Made by a program: the position numbers and the translations under genes. Of a stretch of 64,000 nucleotides of DNA, positions 1 to 10,879 are shown piece after piece. Source of the DNA: Candidatus Eiseniibacteriota bacterium (lineage in GTDB: Bacteria > Eisenbacteria > RBG-16-71-46 > CAIMUX01 > VGJL01); the NCBI GenBank assembly GCA_041946735.1, contig JBHGAY010000018.1, positions 53,337 to 117,336 of the forward strand, given 5' to 3'. Below the pieces are notes generated by a model. The model did not search any database. It was given only the letters and a program-made list of their open reading frames with translations, and had not been told where the DNA came from. Within the stretch, counting starts at the first letter, position 1. The number at the start of each line of letters is the position of its first letter.

Positions 1-366
1 CAGCGCCGCCTGCACCGCGCTCTTCGTGATCTCGTGGAACTCGAGCCGCTCGATCGGCTTCTTGCCGTTCCCCAGGTAGTCGGCCAGGTGCCAGGCGATC
101 GCCTCTCCCTCCCGATCGGGGTCCGGGGCAAGCAGGATCCGCTTCGCGCCCTTCGAGGCGTCCTTCAGCTCCTTCAGCACTTTCGCTTTCGAGCGCAGCG
201 TCTCGTATTGGGGGGTGAATCCGTTGTCGAGGTCGACGCCGAGCCCGGACTTCGGGAGGTCCCGGATGTGCCCCATCGAGGCGAGGACCTTGAAGTCCTT
301 GCCCAGGAAGGTCGAGATCGCCCGCGCCTTGGTCGGGGATTCGACGATGATCAGAGAGCCAGCCAT
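1..366 (-). CDS. topA: DNA topoisomerase I, N-terminal Toprim part (runs off the window edge)
   Basis: Manual translation from ATG at 366: MAGSLIIVESPTKARAISTFLGKDFKVLASMGHIRDLPK...LAPDPDREGEAIAWHL...LEFHEITK; not in the ORF track. Confidence 0.97.
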   Translation of the reverse strand, partial: MAGSLIIVESPTKARAISTFLGKDFKVLASMGHIRDLPKSGLGVDLDNGFTPQYETLRSKAKVLKELKDASKGAKRILLAPDPDREGEAIAWHLADYLGNGKKPIERLEFHEITKSAVQAAL

Positions 367-394
367 CGGATCGAAAAGACCTCCTGCCTTGAGG

Positions 395-3300
395 CTATTC
401 GGTCGCCCCGCAGCACTTCTTGTACTTCTTGCCGCTACCGCACGGACACGGATCGTTGCGGCCCACTTTCGGTCCCCTGCGCACCGCCGGAGCGGCTACC
501 GGACCCGAGGCGAGAGGCGCGGCGACAGAGCCGCCACCCCCACCGCCACCGTCCGGTTGGGCTTCCGCGCCGCCTCCCCCGAAGGACGAGACGCTCGCAT
601 GCACCGACTGCGTCGCGCCCGCCACCACCCGCCGCCTCTCCGGGATCCCCCCGGCGAGAACCGGCTCCCGAGCGGGGGCCGTGCCGCGCGAAGCGGCCGC
701 CTGGTGCCGGGCGGCGATGGCCGCCGCTGCCTGCTGCTCCTGGGCTTGGGCTTGCGCCTGCGCCTGCGCGACCGGCATCGGGACGACCCGGAAGAGCAGC
801 TTCACCGTCTCCTGCTCGATGCTCGTCATCATCTCTTCGAACATCCGGAACGCCTCGCCCTTGTACTCGAGCAGCGGATCCTTCTGGGCGTAGGAGCGGA
901 GGTAGATGCCCTCCCGCATGATGTCGATCTCGTGGAGATGGTCGCGCCACTTCTCGTCGATGATGGCAAGCAGGACCCGGCGCTCCACCTCGCGCATCTG
1001 CGGCCCGAACATCGCCTCCCGATCGGCGTACGCCTCGCGAACCGCGTCGAGGCAGCGCTGCCGGACCTCGTCGCGCCCCGGAGTCTGCATCTTCGTCAGA
1101 GGGACGGACGCGAGGAGCATCGCTTCCATCTCTCCCTGCAGCGCCTCGAGGTCCCAGTCCTCCGGCTTCGATCCCTCGGGGACCAGCCGTGACATCTTCT
1201 CGTCGATCAGGCTTTCGATCATCTCGAGGACGCGGCTCTGGATGTCGTGCCCGTCGAGCACCTCGTTGCGGAGGCCGTAGATCACCTCACGCTGCCGGTT
1301 CATCACGTCGTCGTATTCGAGCAGCCGCTTGCGGATGCCGAAGTTCTGCGCCTCGACCCGCTTCTGCGCCCGCTCGATCGAGCGCGTGACGAGAGGATGG
1401 GTGATCACCTCGCCTTCCTCGACTCCGAGCCGGTTCATGATCCCGGCGATCCGGTCGCTCCCGAAGAGGCGCATCAGGTCGTCCTCGAGCGACAGGAAGA
1501 ACCGGCTCATTCCCGGATCCCCCTGGCGCCCGGAGCGCCCGCGCAGCTGACGGTCGATGCGACGGCTCTCGTGCCGTTCGGTCCCGATGATGACGAGACC
1601 GCACGGCATCATGTCGCGGCAGGCGGCGACCGACTTCGTCGCCTGGCAGTCGCCCACCCCGCCCGCCGAGTTGACGAGGCACTTGCGTCCCTTCACGACC
1701 CCCGGGCCGAGCTTGATGTCGGTGCCGCGGCCGGCCATGTTCGTGGCGATCGTGACGGCGCCGGGCTGCCCGGCCTTGGCGACGATCTCCGCTTCCTGCT
1801 GGTGGTACTTCGCGTTGAGAACGTGATGGGAGATCCCCTTGCGCTTGAGCATTCGCGAGAGGGTCTCGCTCACCTCGACCGACACCGTACCGACCAGCAC
1901 CGGCAGGCCGAGCAGGTGCACGCGCTCGATCTCGTCGATGATCGCGTTGTACTTCTCGCGCCTCGTCCGGAAGATCCAGTCGTCGTAGTCGACGCGCCGC
2001 ACCGCCTCGTTCGTTGGAATGACGACGACGTCGAGCTTGTAGATCTGGAAGAACTCGCCCGCCTCCGTCTCGGCGGTTCCGGTCATTCCGGCGAGCTTCT
2101 CGTAGAGGCGGAAGTAGTTCTGCAGCGTGATCGTCGCGAGGGTCTGGTTCTCCCCCTCGATCTTCACGCGCTCCTTCGCCTCGATCGCCTGGTGGAGGCC
2201 GTCCGAGTAGCGGCGCCCCGGCATCAAGCGGCCGGTGAACTCGTCGACGATCAGGACCTTCCCGTCCTGGACGACGTACTCCACGTCCTTCTCGAATAGG
2301 CAGTAGGCGCGCAACAGCTGCGTCACGTTTGCGAGCTGCTCGCTCTTGCGGGCGTACTCGCGGTGGAGCTTCTCCTTCGCCTCCGCCTTGTCGCGCGGGG
2401 TGAGGTCGTCGCGCCGCTCGATCCGCCCGACCTGCTCGGAAAGATCGGGAAGCACGAAGAGGTCGGGATCGTCGGGCGGGGCGAGCTTGTCGTTGCCGAT
2501 GTCGGAGGTCGCGATCGTGTGCCCTCGCTCGTCGACGTAGAAGAGGAGATCCTCGTCGAGCTCGTGGAGGCGCTTGTCGCGCATGTAGTCGGTCTCGACC
2601 TGCTGGATCAGCTTCTTCAGGTCCCCCTCACTGATCAGCTTGAGGAACTTCTTGTTCTTCGGCGCGCCGCGCTGCACCTGGAGCAGCCGGATGCCGGCGC
2701 GATAGCGGGAGTCGGCATCGCCGCGAGCGAGCAGCTCCTGCGCTTCCTCGAGGAAGCGGTTGACCAGGACGTTCTGCTCCCGGACGAGGTTCTCGACGAG
2801 GGGGCGGAGCCGGTCGAACTGCTGATTCGAGCCGACCACCGGGCCGGAGATGATGAGCGGTGTCCGCGCCTCGTCGATCAGGACCGAGTCGACCTCGTCG
2901 ACGATCGCGTAGTGATGGCCGCGCTGCACCCGCTCATCCGCCTGGACGACCATGTTGTCGCGCAGGTAATCGAAGCCGAACTCGTTGTTCGTTCCGTAGG
3001 TGACGTCGCAGCGGTAGGCCTCGCGGCGCGTCGCGTTGTCCATGTCGTGGAAGACGCACCCGACGGTGAGCCCCAGGTCTTTCAGGATCTGTCCGACCCA
3101 TTCGGAGTCACGGCGCGCCAGGTAGTCGTTGACCGTGATGAGGTGGCACCCCTTGCCGCTCAACGCGTTGAGATAGAGCGGCAGGATCGCGACGAGGGTC
3201 TTCCCTTCTCCGGTCGCCATCTCCGCGATCTTCCCCTGGTGCAGGACGATCCCACCGATCAACTGCACGTCGTAGGGGACCATCTCCCACCGGATCTCCT

Positions 3301-3583
3301 GCCCGACGACCAGCCAGCTCTTTCCCACCCGCCGGCGGCAGGCGTCCTTCACGACGGCGAACGCCTCCGGGAGGAGATCGTCGGTCGTCGCCCCCGACGC
3401 GATTCGCGCCCGGAACTCGTCGGTCTTGGCGCGCAGTTGTTCGTCGGTCAGGGAGGCGAGCTTCGCGTACTCTTCGTTGATCCTTCGGACGAGAGGGTAG
3501 AGCTGTTTGAGGTCCCGCTCCGATTTCGTGCCGAAGACCCGGGTGACCGCACGGTTCCCGGTATTCTTCAATGCTGCCCACAT
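395..3583 (-). CDS. secA: Preprotein translocase ATPase SecA
   Basis: MATGEGKT Walker [45 protein letters not shown]-terminal SEC-C motif [19 protein letters not shown]. Confidence 0.99.
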   Translation of the reverse strand: MWAALKNTGNRAVTRVFGTKSERDLKQLYPLVRRINEEYAKLASLTDEQLRAKTDEFRARIASGATTDDLLPEAFAVVKDACRRRVGKSWLVVGQEIRWEMVPYDVQLIGGIVLHQGKIAEMATGEGKTLVAILPLYLNALSGKGCHLITVNDYLARRDSEWVGQILKDLGLTVGCVFHDMDNATRREAYRCDVTYGTNNEFGFDYLRDNMVVQADERVQRGHHYAIVDEVDSVLIDEARTPLIISGPVVGSNQQFDRLRPLVENLVREQNVLVNRFLEEAQELLARGDADSRYRAGIRLLQVQRGAPKNKKFLKLISEGDLKKLIQQVETDYMRDKRLHELDEDLLFYVDERGHTIATSDIGNDKLAPPDDPDLFVLPDLSEQVGRIERRDDLTPRDKAEAKEKLHREYARKSEQLANVTQLLRAYCLFEKDVEYVVQDGKVLIVDEFTGRLMPGRRYSDGLHQAIEAKERVKIEGENQTLATITLQNYFRLYEKLAGMTGTAETEAGEFFQIYKLDVVVIPTNEAVRRVDYDDWIFRTRREKYNAIIDEIERVHLLGLPVLVGTVSVEVSETLSRMLKRKGISHHVLNAKYHQQEAEIVAKAGQPGAVTIATNMAGRGTDIKLGPGVVKGRKCLVNSAGGVGDCQATKSVAACRDMMPCGLVIIGTERHESRRIDRQLRGRSGRQGDPGMSRFFLSLEDDLMRLFGSDRIAGIMNRLGVEEGEVITHPLVTRSIERAQKRVEAQNFGIRKRLLEYDDVMNRQREVIYGLRNEVLDGHDIQSRVLEMIESLIDEKMSRLVPEGSKPEDWDLEALQGEMEAMLLASVPLTKMQTPGRDEVRQRCLDAVREAYADREAMFGPQMREVERRVLLAIIDEKWRDHLHEIDIMREGIYLRSYAQKDPLLEYKGEAFRMFEEMMTSIEQETVKLLFRVVPMPVAQAQAQAQAQEQQAAAAIAARHQAAASRGTAPAREPVLAGGIPERRRVVAGATQSVHASVSSFGGGGAEAQPDGGGGGGGSVAAPLASGPVAAPAVRRGPKVGRNDPCPCGSGKKYKKCCGATE

Positions 3584-3742
3584 CTTCTTTCTCGATCCTC
3601 CTGTCGGATCCCGGACTGGAAGGGTATTCCGGGAAAATCACAGCCCCGAACCCCTGACGGGTCCGGGGCGATCCGCATCCCGCGCGGAGTGTTCGTGCCC
3701 TTTACACCGGCACTGTGGCGACGGTTGCACGAGGTTCGCGGC

Positions 3743-3771
3743 ATTCTAGGCACCCTCCGGAGGACCGTCAA
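3743..3771 (-). promoter_or_regulatory. Sigma70-type promoter for secA
   Basis: TTGACG-N17-TAGAAT, with TG upstream of the -10, about 160 nt before the secA ATG. Confidence 0.7.
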
Positions 3772-3817
3772 GCCGGCTCCAGCGCCCCTTTCCGCGAACC
3801 TGGCCCGTTCCCGCCGC

Positions 3818-4390
3818 TCACCGTAGCAGCGTCATGGCGAAGCCGGCGCTGAGGGAGATCCTCATATTGTCGTCGAGTGGGATCGGCACGAGCTCGAAGA
3901 TCGTCGCCGCCGCAGCCCCACCGACCATCATACGCCAGGTGAACGGGTCCCCCGGATACAGGACCGCGAGCGCGAGGCAGGAAAGGAAGCAGGCGAGGGA
4001 TCCTTCCAAGGTCTTGCCGAAGATGCGGATACGGCCGATCCGGCGCCCGACGATCGCCGCCATGCCGTCGCCGACCGCGAGGAAGGCCATGGCCACGATC
4101 GCGATCGGGCGCTCGAAAGCCCAGGCGCAGAGCAGCCCCGCGATGAGGACGTAGGTCGATCCGAGCAGGTTGTGGCGCTCGTGCTCCCGCACGATCTTTC
4201 CAAAGAGGTAGTAGAAGACCGTCCGGACGCGGGGCTCGTTGAGGCGGATCACGTCGAGGACGAGGGCGACGAGGGTGAGGTAGAGGAGCAGCTCCTTGCC
4301 GATCCTCTCGGGAATCAGGTAGTAACCGATCGGGACGACCATCCCGGTGAGGTGGAACGCCTTGCGGCGCAGCTCCGAGAGCCATCTCAT
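3818..4390 (-). CDS. Diacylglycerol/polyprenol (dolichol/phytol) kinase family membrane protein
   Basis: ELRRKAFH, GDGMAAIVGRRIG, KTLEGSLACF, LDDN motifs; ATG at 4390 overlaps upstream stop (ATGA). Confidence 0.88.
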   Translation of the reverse strand: MRWLSELRRKAFHLTGMVVPIGYYLIPERIGKELLLYLTLVALVLDVIRLNEPRVRTVFYYLFGKIVREHERHNLLGSTYVLIAGLLCAWAFERPIAIVAMAFLAVGDGMAAIVGRRIGRIRIFGKTLEGSLACFLSCLALAVLYPGDPFTWRMMVGGAAAATIFELVPIPLDDNMRISLSAGFAMTLLR

Positions 4391-6738
4391 CCCTGCGGCT
4401 CCGCTGTCCCGCCGCCCTGCTCCCCCCCGCTGCGGCCGTAGGCGTTTCTGTATGTCCAGACCGCGTCGAGCACGTGCCGGACGTACTCGCGTGTCTCCCT
4501 CCATCCGATCCGCTCGATCAGCAGGTCCGGGTCGTCGCCGAACCGCTCGACCCATTCCGAGGCTTTCGCCGATCCGGCGTTGTATGCGGCGAGCAGGGCG
4601 GGAAGCGGCCAGTCCTGCCCGTCGGCAAGGTCCCGGAAGTGGCGGATCCCGAGGGCCAGGTTGCGGTCGGCCCGCTCGAGCGGACCTGCCTCGATCCCCC
4701 ACTTCGACGCGGTCTCCTGCGCGGTCGGCGCCATCATCTGAAGCAGTCCCCGGGCGCCGGCGCCGCTGACCGCGCCCGGATCGAAGAGCGACTCGCGTCG
4801 CGCAATCGCCCAGACCAGATCCGGGGAGACGGAAACCTCCCGGCAACGCTGCTCGATCCATGACGGAAAGGGCCGTGGATAGCGGAGCGAGACGGGCGCG
4901 GCCGCGCCCCGCGCCACGGCGACACGGACCGCCAGGTCGGGCAGCCCGAGGCATAGAAACGCCTCGGCGCGGCCGCCGACGGGGAGCGCCGACTCGAGCC
5001 GCTCTTGATCGGGCGACGTCCAGTCCGCGCGTCCGAAGCGTCGCAGGAGGCGCAGGCGTGCGGCACGCCGGGCGGCCTCCCGGTCCAGCCGATCGCAGGG
5101 ACCGGCGGGAGACCCCGCGCTCGGGGACCCCGGATCGAGGAGAGCCGCTTCCGCGACCCGAGCGGGACGGAGCGCCGCTTCGCGTTCCAGCGGCCAGAAG
5201 CGATCGGGCGGGAGGGAGCGAGCGAGGAGGTCCTGCTCCGCGCGGGCGCGGTGGGCGTAGTACCCCTCCCCGGACGTCGCGGCCGCGGCGAGGGATGCTT
5301 TCGCCGCATCGAGGTCGCCGCGCCGGGACTCGAGGCGGTAGCACCAGAATCGAGCGGCGGCCACGTCGCCGGCCGTCGCGCCGACGGCGGCCGCGGCCGC
5401 CCGGAAGTCCCCGAGCGCAGCCGCCTCATCGCCGGCGGCGTAGCGCGCAATCGCCCGGCGCAGGCGCCCCTCGACCTCCGATCCCGGCAGGGCGAGCAGA
5501 GCGGTGTAGACCGAGTCGGCGCGCGCGTCGCGCCGTGCCGACTCCGCCTCTCTCCCCCACTCCACCAGCGCCGTGCGCCGCGTCTCGCCGCCGAGCCGGG
5601 CCGCCGCCCGGTACGCGCGCTCCATGGCGTCCCACTCGCCGGAGTTGCGCGCGGCGCGAGCCCGCACGAGGAGCCAACGCGCGCGGAGCGCCTCCGGCCA
5701 GCCGGCGTCCGGGCGCATCGGGTCGGAGAGGATCGCCTCGTACTGCCTCCCCTTCAGGAGCGCCTCCAGCCAGGCGACGCGCAGAGAGTCGGGGGAGGAA
5801 GGCATGCGGGAGAGGAGGCTGTCGGCCGTTCCGAAGAGCCGATGCTCCAGGAAGACGGGAAACAGGAGCGTCCCTTCACGGCGCGCGGCGAGAGCGGGGG
5901 CCTCGCGGAAGCGCCGGAGCGCTTCGAGGCGCGCCGTGCGCGTCCCCGGATAGCGCCGGAGGAGCGTGTCGGCGGTCGCCCGCGCGGCGGCCGGCCGCCC
6001 GAGCGCGAGGAGCGCGCGCACGCGCGCCGCCGTCTCGTCCGCGCCGGGGCCGAGCGTGCGGCGCATCGCCAGGCTCTCGCGCAGCAGGCCCTCGGAATCC
6101 TTCGCATGCTCCCGGGCGGCGAGAACCCGGCGGGCTGCGGGCATCGTCCATTCCGCGCGCGGATAGGAGGCGCGGATCGACTCCGCGATCGCCAGCGCGC
6201 CGGCCGAGTCGCCGAGAGCGTCGTGGATCTCGAGGGTCAGGAGGGCTCGGGGCCGCGTCTCCTCGTCGTTGGGCCGTCCCGACGCGAGCCATTCGAGCGC
6301 GCGGTCCCCGCGTCCCTGCTCGTGAAGAGCGAGCGCGGCGGCCAGCGGGAGATCGCCGTCCGGATCGGCGGCCGCCCATTCCGACGGCGCATAGCGAGCG
6401 AACGACTCGATCGCCCCGGAGGGCGGGAAGCAGAGCAGCAGCCGGATCCAGGAGACCAGCCGCGCGTCCGCCTCCCCCGGAGGCGAGGGAAGATCTTCGG
6501 CCGCGAGCGTCCCGGCCAGGACGACGAGAAGGGAGTCCTGGGCGCGCATGGCGGCTACCGAGGCGATCTCGGGAGTCGCCTCCGGGAAGATCGGGTCGGC
6601 CGCGAAGCCGGGCCACGCGGAGCCGCCGCAGCCTTGCGGAACGCCGAGCAGGAGTCCGCCGAGGAGGACGGCCAGGCCGAGGAGGGAATCGGCGCGGCCC
6701 GCCCGGCGGCGCCGCGGCTCCGGCGCCCGCGCGTTCAC
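4387..6738 (-). CDS. Lytic transglycosylase (SLT domain) with TPR-like helical N-terminal region
   Basis: [38 protein letters not shown]; hydrophobic N-terminal segment; GTGA overlap with guaA stop. Confidence 0.9.
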   Translation of the reverse strand: MNARAPEPRRRRAGRADSLLGLAVLLGGLLLGVPQGCGGSAWPGFAADPIFPEATPEIASVAAMRAQDSLLVVLAGTLAAEDLPSPPGEADARLVSWIRLLLCFPPSGAIESFARYAPSEWAAADPDGDLPLAAALALHEQGRGDRALEWLASGRPNDEETRPRALLTLEIHDALGDSAGALAIAESIRASYPRAEWTMPAARRVLAAREHAKDSEGLLRESLAMRRTLGPGADETAARVRALLALGRPAAARATADTLLRRYPGTRTARLEALRRFREAPALAARREGTLLFPVFLEHRLFGTADSLLSRMPSSPDSLRVAWLEALLKGRQYEAILSDPMRPDAGWPEALRARWLLVRARAARNSGEWDAMERAYRAAARLGGETRRTALVEWGREAESARRDARADSVYTALLALPGSEVEGRLRRAIARYAAGDEAAALGDFRAAAAAVGATAGDVAAARFWCYRLESRRGDLDAAKASLAAAATSGEGYYAHRARAEQDLLARSLPPDRFWPLEREAALRPARVAEAALLDPGSPSAGSPAGPCDRLDREAARRAARLRLLRRFGRADWTSPDQERLESALPVGGRAEAFLCLGLPDLAVRVAVARGAAAPVSLRYPRPFPSWIEQRCREVSVSPDLVWAIARRESLFDPGAVSGAGARGLLQMMAPTAQETASKWGIEAGPLERADRNLALGIRHFRDLADGQDWPLPALLAAYNAGSAKASEWVERFGDDPDLLIERIGWRETREYVRHVLDAVWTYRNAYGRSGGEQGGGTAEPQG

Positions 6739-8255
6739 TCCCACTCGATCGTCGCGGGGGGTTTGCTCGTCACGTCGTAGACGACGCGGTTGACCCCTCG
6801 CACCTCGTTGACGATCCGGTTTGCGGCCGACTCGAGCAGGTCGCCCGGCAGGCGGGCCCAGTCCGCCGTCATTCCGTCGATCGAAGTGACGGCGCGCAGC
6901 GCGATCGCCATGTTGTAGGTGCGCTCGTCTCCCATCACGCCGACCGATTGCACCGGCAACAGGACTGTGAACGCCTGCCATACGTCGTCGTACGAGCCGC
7001 TCCGCCGCAGCTCGTCGATGAAGATCGCGTCGGCCGCGCGCACGATCGCGAGCCTCTCCTCGGTCACCTCGCCGAGGATCCGCACGGCGAGGCCGGGACC
7101 GGGGAACGGGTGCCGTCCGATCAGCTCCTCCGGCGCGCCGAGGCGGCGGCCGACTTCGCGCACCTCGTCCTTGAACAGCTCGCGCAACGGCTCGACGAGC
7201 GCCAGGCGCATCCGCTCCGGAAGCCCGCCGACGTTATGGTGGCTCTTGATGCGCGCCGAAGGTCCGCCGGCTCCGCGCGACTCGATCACGTCGGGATAGA
7301 GGGTCCCCTGCACGAGGAAGTCGACCGTTCCGGCGCGCCGCGCGGCCTCCTCGAACACCTCGATGAAGGTGCGGCCGATGCGCATCCGTTTCTCTTCGGG
7401 ATCGACGACGCCGGCCAGCTCGTCGAGGAAGCGGCGCGAGGCGTCGACGACCTCCAGGCGCATGCCGAGCGGCGCTAGCCTCTCGGCTACCCACGACGCT
7501 TCTCCTTCCCGCAGGAGGCCGGTGTCGACGAAGATCCCGTGCAGGCGATCGCCGATCGCGCGATGGCAGAGAAGGGCGGCTACGGTGGAGTCGACTCCTC
7601 CGCTCACGCCGCACACCACCTGCCCGTCTCCGACCTTGCGGCGGATCGCGGCGACGGCCGTCTCGACGAAGTCCCCCATGTCCCATCCCGGACGGATGCC
7701 CGCGATGCGGAAGAGGAAGTTCGAGAGGATCGTCGAACCCTGCGGGGTATGGCTGACCTCGGGGTGGAACTGCACGAGATGGATCCGCCGCGCGGCATCC
7801 TCGGCGACGGCGTGCGGGCAGGTCGCGGTGCGCGCGGAGGTGGTGAAGCCGGGAGGCGGGGTCTCGACGAGATCGCCGTGGCTCATCCAGACCTCGACCG
7901 GATCGCGCAGCCCTTCGAGCAGCGGCGTGTCGATCGTCTTCTCCAGAGTCTGCCGGCCGTACTCGCCGGTGCGCCCGCGCACGACGCGCCCGTTCATCAG
8001 GTGGCTGACGACCTGCATGCCGTAGCAGATTCCGAGGATCGGAAGCCCGGACTCGAGCAGCTCGCGGCGCGGCAGCAGCCGGCCGTCGAGCGCCGAGGCG
8101 GGGCCGCCGGAGAGGATCAACGCCTCGACCCCGCGCGCGCGCAGCGTCTCCATGTCCACGTCGAACGGGAAGAGCTCGGCGTAGACGCCGAGCTGCCGGA
8201 CGCGGCGGGCGATCAGCAGGTTGTACTGGCTTCCGAAATCGAGGATTCCGACCAA
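6735..8255 (-). CDS. guaA: GMP synthase (glutamine-hydrolysing)
   Basis: [49 protein letters not shown] start uncertain. Confidence 0.98.
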   Translation of the reverse strand: MVGILDFGSQYNLLIARRVRQLGVYAELFPFDVDMETLRARGVEALILSGGPASALDGRLLPRRELLESGLPILGICYGMQVVSHLMNGRVVRGRTGEYGRQTLEKTIDTPLLEGLRDPVEVWMSHGDLVETPPPGFTTSARTATCPHAVAEDAARRIHLVQFHPEVSHTPQGSTILSNFLFRIAGIRPGWDMGDFVETAVAAIRRKVGDGQVVCGVSGGVDSTVAALLCHRAIGDRLHGIFVDTGLLREGEASWVAERLAPLGMRLEVVDASRRFLDELAGVVDPEEKRMRIGRTFIEVFEEAARRAGTVDFLVQGTLYPDVIESRGAGGPSARIKSHHNVGGLPERMRLALVEPLRELFKDEVREVGRRLGAPEELIGRHPFPGPGLAVRILGEVTEERLAIVRAADAIFIDELRRSGSYDDVWQAFTVLLPVQSVGVMGDERTYNMAIALRAVTSIDGMTADWARLPGDLLESAANRIVNEVRGVNRVVYDVTSKPPATIEWE

Positions 8256-8309
8256 GCTTCTCCCTTCGTTGTGGCGCGCGCCCGCCCGGGTCCGCGCCGC
8301 CCCGGGCGC

Positions 8310-8363
8310 CTAGGCCGTCCGCGCCGCCCAGGCCGCTCGCGCCGCCCAGGCCGCCGGCGGCGG
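8310..8363. repeat. Imperfect 18-bp tandem repeat (3 units) between purH and guaA
   Basis: ctaggccgtccgcgccgc / ccaggccgctcgcgccgc / ccaggccgccggcggcgg. Confidence 0.6.
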
Positions 8364-8372
8364 ATCGCTGCA

Positions 8373-9932
8373 TCAACCGTGACGGAACGCGCGCGCCTCG
8401 TTGACGACCATTGCGAGACCGAGCCGGTCGGCCGCTTCGACCGATTCGGAGTCCCGCTTGGAGCCGCCCGGCTGGACGATCGCCGTCGCACCCGCCTTGG
8501 CCGCCTCCTCCACGCAATCCGGAAACGGGAAGAAGGCGTCGGACGCCATTACAGATCCGGCCGGATCGTGCCCCTCGCGACGCGCCTTGTGCAGCGCGAT
8601 CGTGACCGAATCGATGCGGCTCGTTTGCCCGCCGCCGATACCGATCGTGCGCCGGCCCTTCGCGAAGACGATCGCGTTGGAGCGGACCATCCGCACGATT
8701 CTCCAGGCGAAGGCGAGAGCCTGCCGCTCGGCTTCGGTCGGCGCGCGTCGCGTGACGACCTTCCATCCCTCCTCGCCCAATCGCGGACGCATCCGATCCT
8801 GGACCAGGATCCCGTTGCCGAGATCGCGGAAGGAGAAGGGAGGCAGAACCGGATCGTCGAGCGGCGCGAGAAACTCCTCACCCTCGAGGAGCACCAGGTT
8901 CTTCTTCGCCGCGAGGATCGAGCGCGCTTCGGGGTCGAAGCGCGGCGCGACGACGAGCTCGAGGAATGTCTTCGCCAGCTCCTCCGCGCAGGCGCGGTCG
9001 ACCGGCCGGTTCACGCCGACGACGCCGCCGAACGCCGACAGCGCGTCGCCGTCGCGAGCGTCGCGGTACGCTTCGGCGATCGAATCGGCGCACGCCGCCC
9101 CGCACGGCGTCGCGTGCTTGATGACGACGGCGCCCGGCTCCGGCATCAGGTCCCGCGCGAGCGTCGCGGCCGCCTCCATGTCCTGCAGATTGTTGAACGA
9201 GATCTCCTTGCCCTGGAGCTTGCGCATCCCGCCTGGATATCCCGCGGGGGGACCGTAGAAAGCGCCGCGCTGCGAGGGGTTCTCGCCGTAGCGGAGCGCC
9301 CACAGGCGGCGCTCTCCCCGCGCGAAGGCGTCCGGCAGGCTCTCCTTCGGCTGCAGGTAGGAGGCGACGCGCGCGTCATAGGCGGCGGTCGTCTCGAACA
9401 CCTTCACGGCGAGCGCCTCGAGCAGCGGCTCGGCGAGCGATCCCCGCCCCTCGCGCAGGGCGTTCGCGACCGCGCCGTAGTCGGCCGGATCGCAGACGAC
9501 GGCGACGGAGGCGTGGTTCTTCGCCGCGGCGCGCAGCATGGTCGGCCCGCCGATGTCGATCATCTCGATCGCCGCGGCGCGCGCCGACGGATCGCGGCGC
9601 GCCGTCTCCTCGAACGGATAGAGATCGATCGCGACGAGATCGATCGGGTCGATCCGGAGCGCTTCACGGTCCGCTTCGTCCTGGGGATCGCCCCGCCGGT
9701 AGAGGATCCCGCCGTGGATCGAGGGATGGAGCGTCTTCACCCGCCCGCCGAAGCGAGAGGGCAGGCCGTAGCGCTCCTCGAGCGAGACGGCGGCGAACCC
9801 GCGATCGAGGAGCCAGCGGTAGGTGCCGCCGGTCGAGAGGATCTCCGCGCCCGTGTCGCGCAGAGCCGCGGCAAGCTCGTCGAGCCCTTCCTTGTGGTAA
9901 GCGGACAGCAGCGCCCGGCGAATGCGGATCAT
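8373..9932 (-). CDS. purH: Bifunctional AICAR transformylase/IMP cyclohydrolase
   Basis: MIRIRRALLS, GRVKTLHP, IDIGGPTMLRAAAKN, LRYGENP, ASDAFFPFPD, IVQPGGS; ATGA overlap with purC. Confidence 0.97.
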   Translation of the reverse strand: MIRIRRALLSAYHKEGLDELAAALRDTGAEILSTGGTYRWLLDRGFAAVSLEERYGLPSRFGGRVKTLHPSIHGGILYRRGDPQDEADREALRIDPIDLVAIDLYPFEETARRDPSARAAAIEMIDIGGPTMLRAAAKNHASVAVVCDPADYGAVANALREGRGSLAEPLLEALAVKVFETTAAYDARVASYLQPKESLPDAFARGERRLWALRYGENPSQRGAFYGPPAGYPGGMRKLQGKEISFNNLQDMEAAATLARDLMPEPGAVVIKHATPCGAACADSIAEAYRDARDGDALSAFGGVVGVNRPVDRACAEELAKTFLELVVAPRFDPEARSILAAKKNLVLLEGEEFLAPLDDPVLPPFSFRDLGNGILVQDRMRPRLGEEGWKVVTRRAPTEAERQALAFAWRIVRMVRSNAIVFAKGRRTIGIGGGQTSRIDSVTIALHKARREGHDPAGSVMASDAFFPFPDCVEEAAKAGATAIVQPGGSKRDSESVEAADRLGLAMVVNEARAFRHG

Positions 9933-10858
9933 CGCGCGCCCCCTCCCGTCCCGCTCGCCTCGCCTCCGAGCCGCGGTGGCGGACCGCTCGCGCCGAGCCG
10001 ATCGTGCACGAGCCGGTAGCGGCGATAGGTCTCGGCCACCTGCTCGGGCGGCAGCGCGGGCGCGGGCGGATTGCGATCCCAGTCGAGCGTCTTCAGCCAC
10101 GCTCGCACGTACTCCTTGTCGAGCGGGTCCGGCGGCGAGGCGGACCGCGCGCCGTCCCAGTAGCGCGAGGAGTCGGGCGTGAGCGCCTCGTCGATCAGGG
10201 AGAGGCGCCCATCGATCCATCCGAACTCGAACTTCGTGTCGACGAGCAGGAGCCCACGCGCGCGAGCGTACCGCTCGGCGAGGTCGTAGACGCGCAGGCT
10301 CGCCTCGCGCAGCCGCTCCGCGAGCTCGGAGCCGACGATGTCGCTCAACTCCTCGAGCGTCACGGGCCGGTCGTGCCCGACTTCCTCCTTCGTGGTCGGC
10401 GTGAAGAGCGGGGCGGGAAGCTTGCCGTACGGCGCGATTCCCGGAGGCGCGCTCATCCCGCCGATCGTCCCCTTCCGGGCGTACTCCTCGATCGCGGAGC
10501 CGGCCAGATAGCCGCGCACGACGCATTCGACGTCGATCCTCTTCGCCTTCCGCGCGAGCATCCATCGCCCGCGCAGCTCGGGCAGAAGAGGCTTGAGATC
10601 GGCCGGGAAGTCGGAGTCCTGGTCGGAGAGGAAATGCGTCGGCAGGTGCGGCTCGAGACCGCGAAACCACCAGGCGGAGATCTCGTTGAGGAGGATCCCC
10701 TTGCCCGGGATCAGCGTCGGTAGGATGCAGTCGAACGCGGAGATCCGGTCGGTGGTGACGAGCAGCAGGCGATCCCCGAGATCGAGGGTCTCGCGCACTT
10801 TCCCGGAGTGGGAGGGCGAGAGGCCGAGGTCGGTCATGGACCGGAACGCTTCCTTCAT
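9929..10858 (-). CDS. purC: SAICAR synthase
   Basis: GKVRE, TDRISAFD, ECVVRGYLAGS, DTKFEFG, DEALTPDSSRYW, DKEYVR. Confidence 0.97.
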   Translation of the reverse strand: MKEAFRSMTDLGLSPSHSGKVRETLDLGDRLLLVTTDRISAFDCILPTLIPGKGILLNEISAWWFRGLEPHLPTHFLSDQDSDFPADLKPLLPELRGRWMLARKAKRIDVECVVRGYLAGSAIEEYARKGTIGGMSAPPGIAPYGKLPAPLFTPTTKEEVGHDRPVTLEELSDIVGSELAERLREASLRVYDLAERYARARGLLLVDTKFEFGWIDGRLSLIDEALTPDSSRYWDGARSASPPDPLDKEYVRAWLKTLDWDRNPPAPALPPEQVAETYRRYRLVHDRLGASGPPPRLGGEASGTGGGAR

Positions 10859-10879
10859 CGGTCACCCCCAAAGCGCCCT

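Noticed and set aside
8290..8365. CRISPR array at the short repeats here, at 13343-13369 or at 47460-47556
   Set aside because: Units abut without unique spacers, are too short or few, and no cas genes are present
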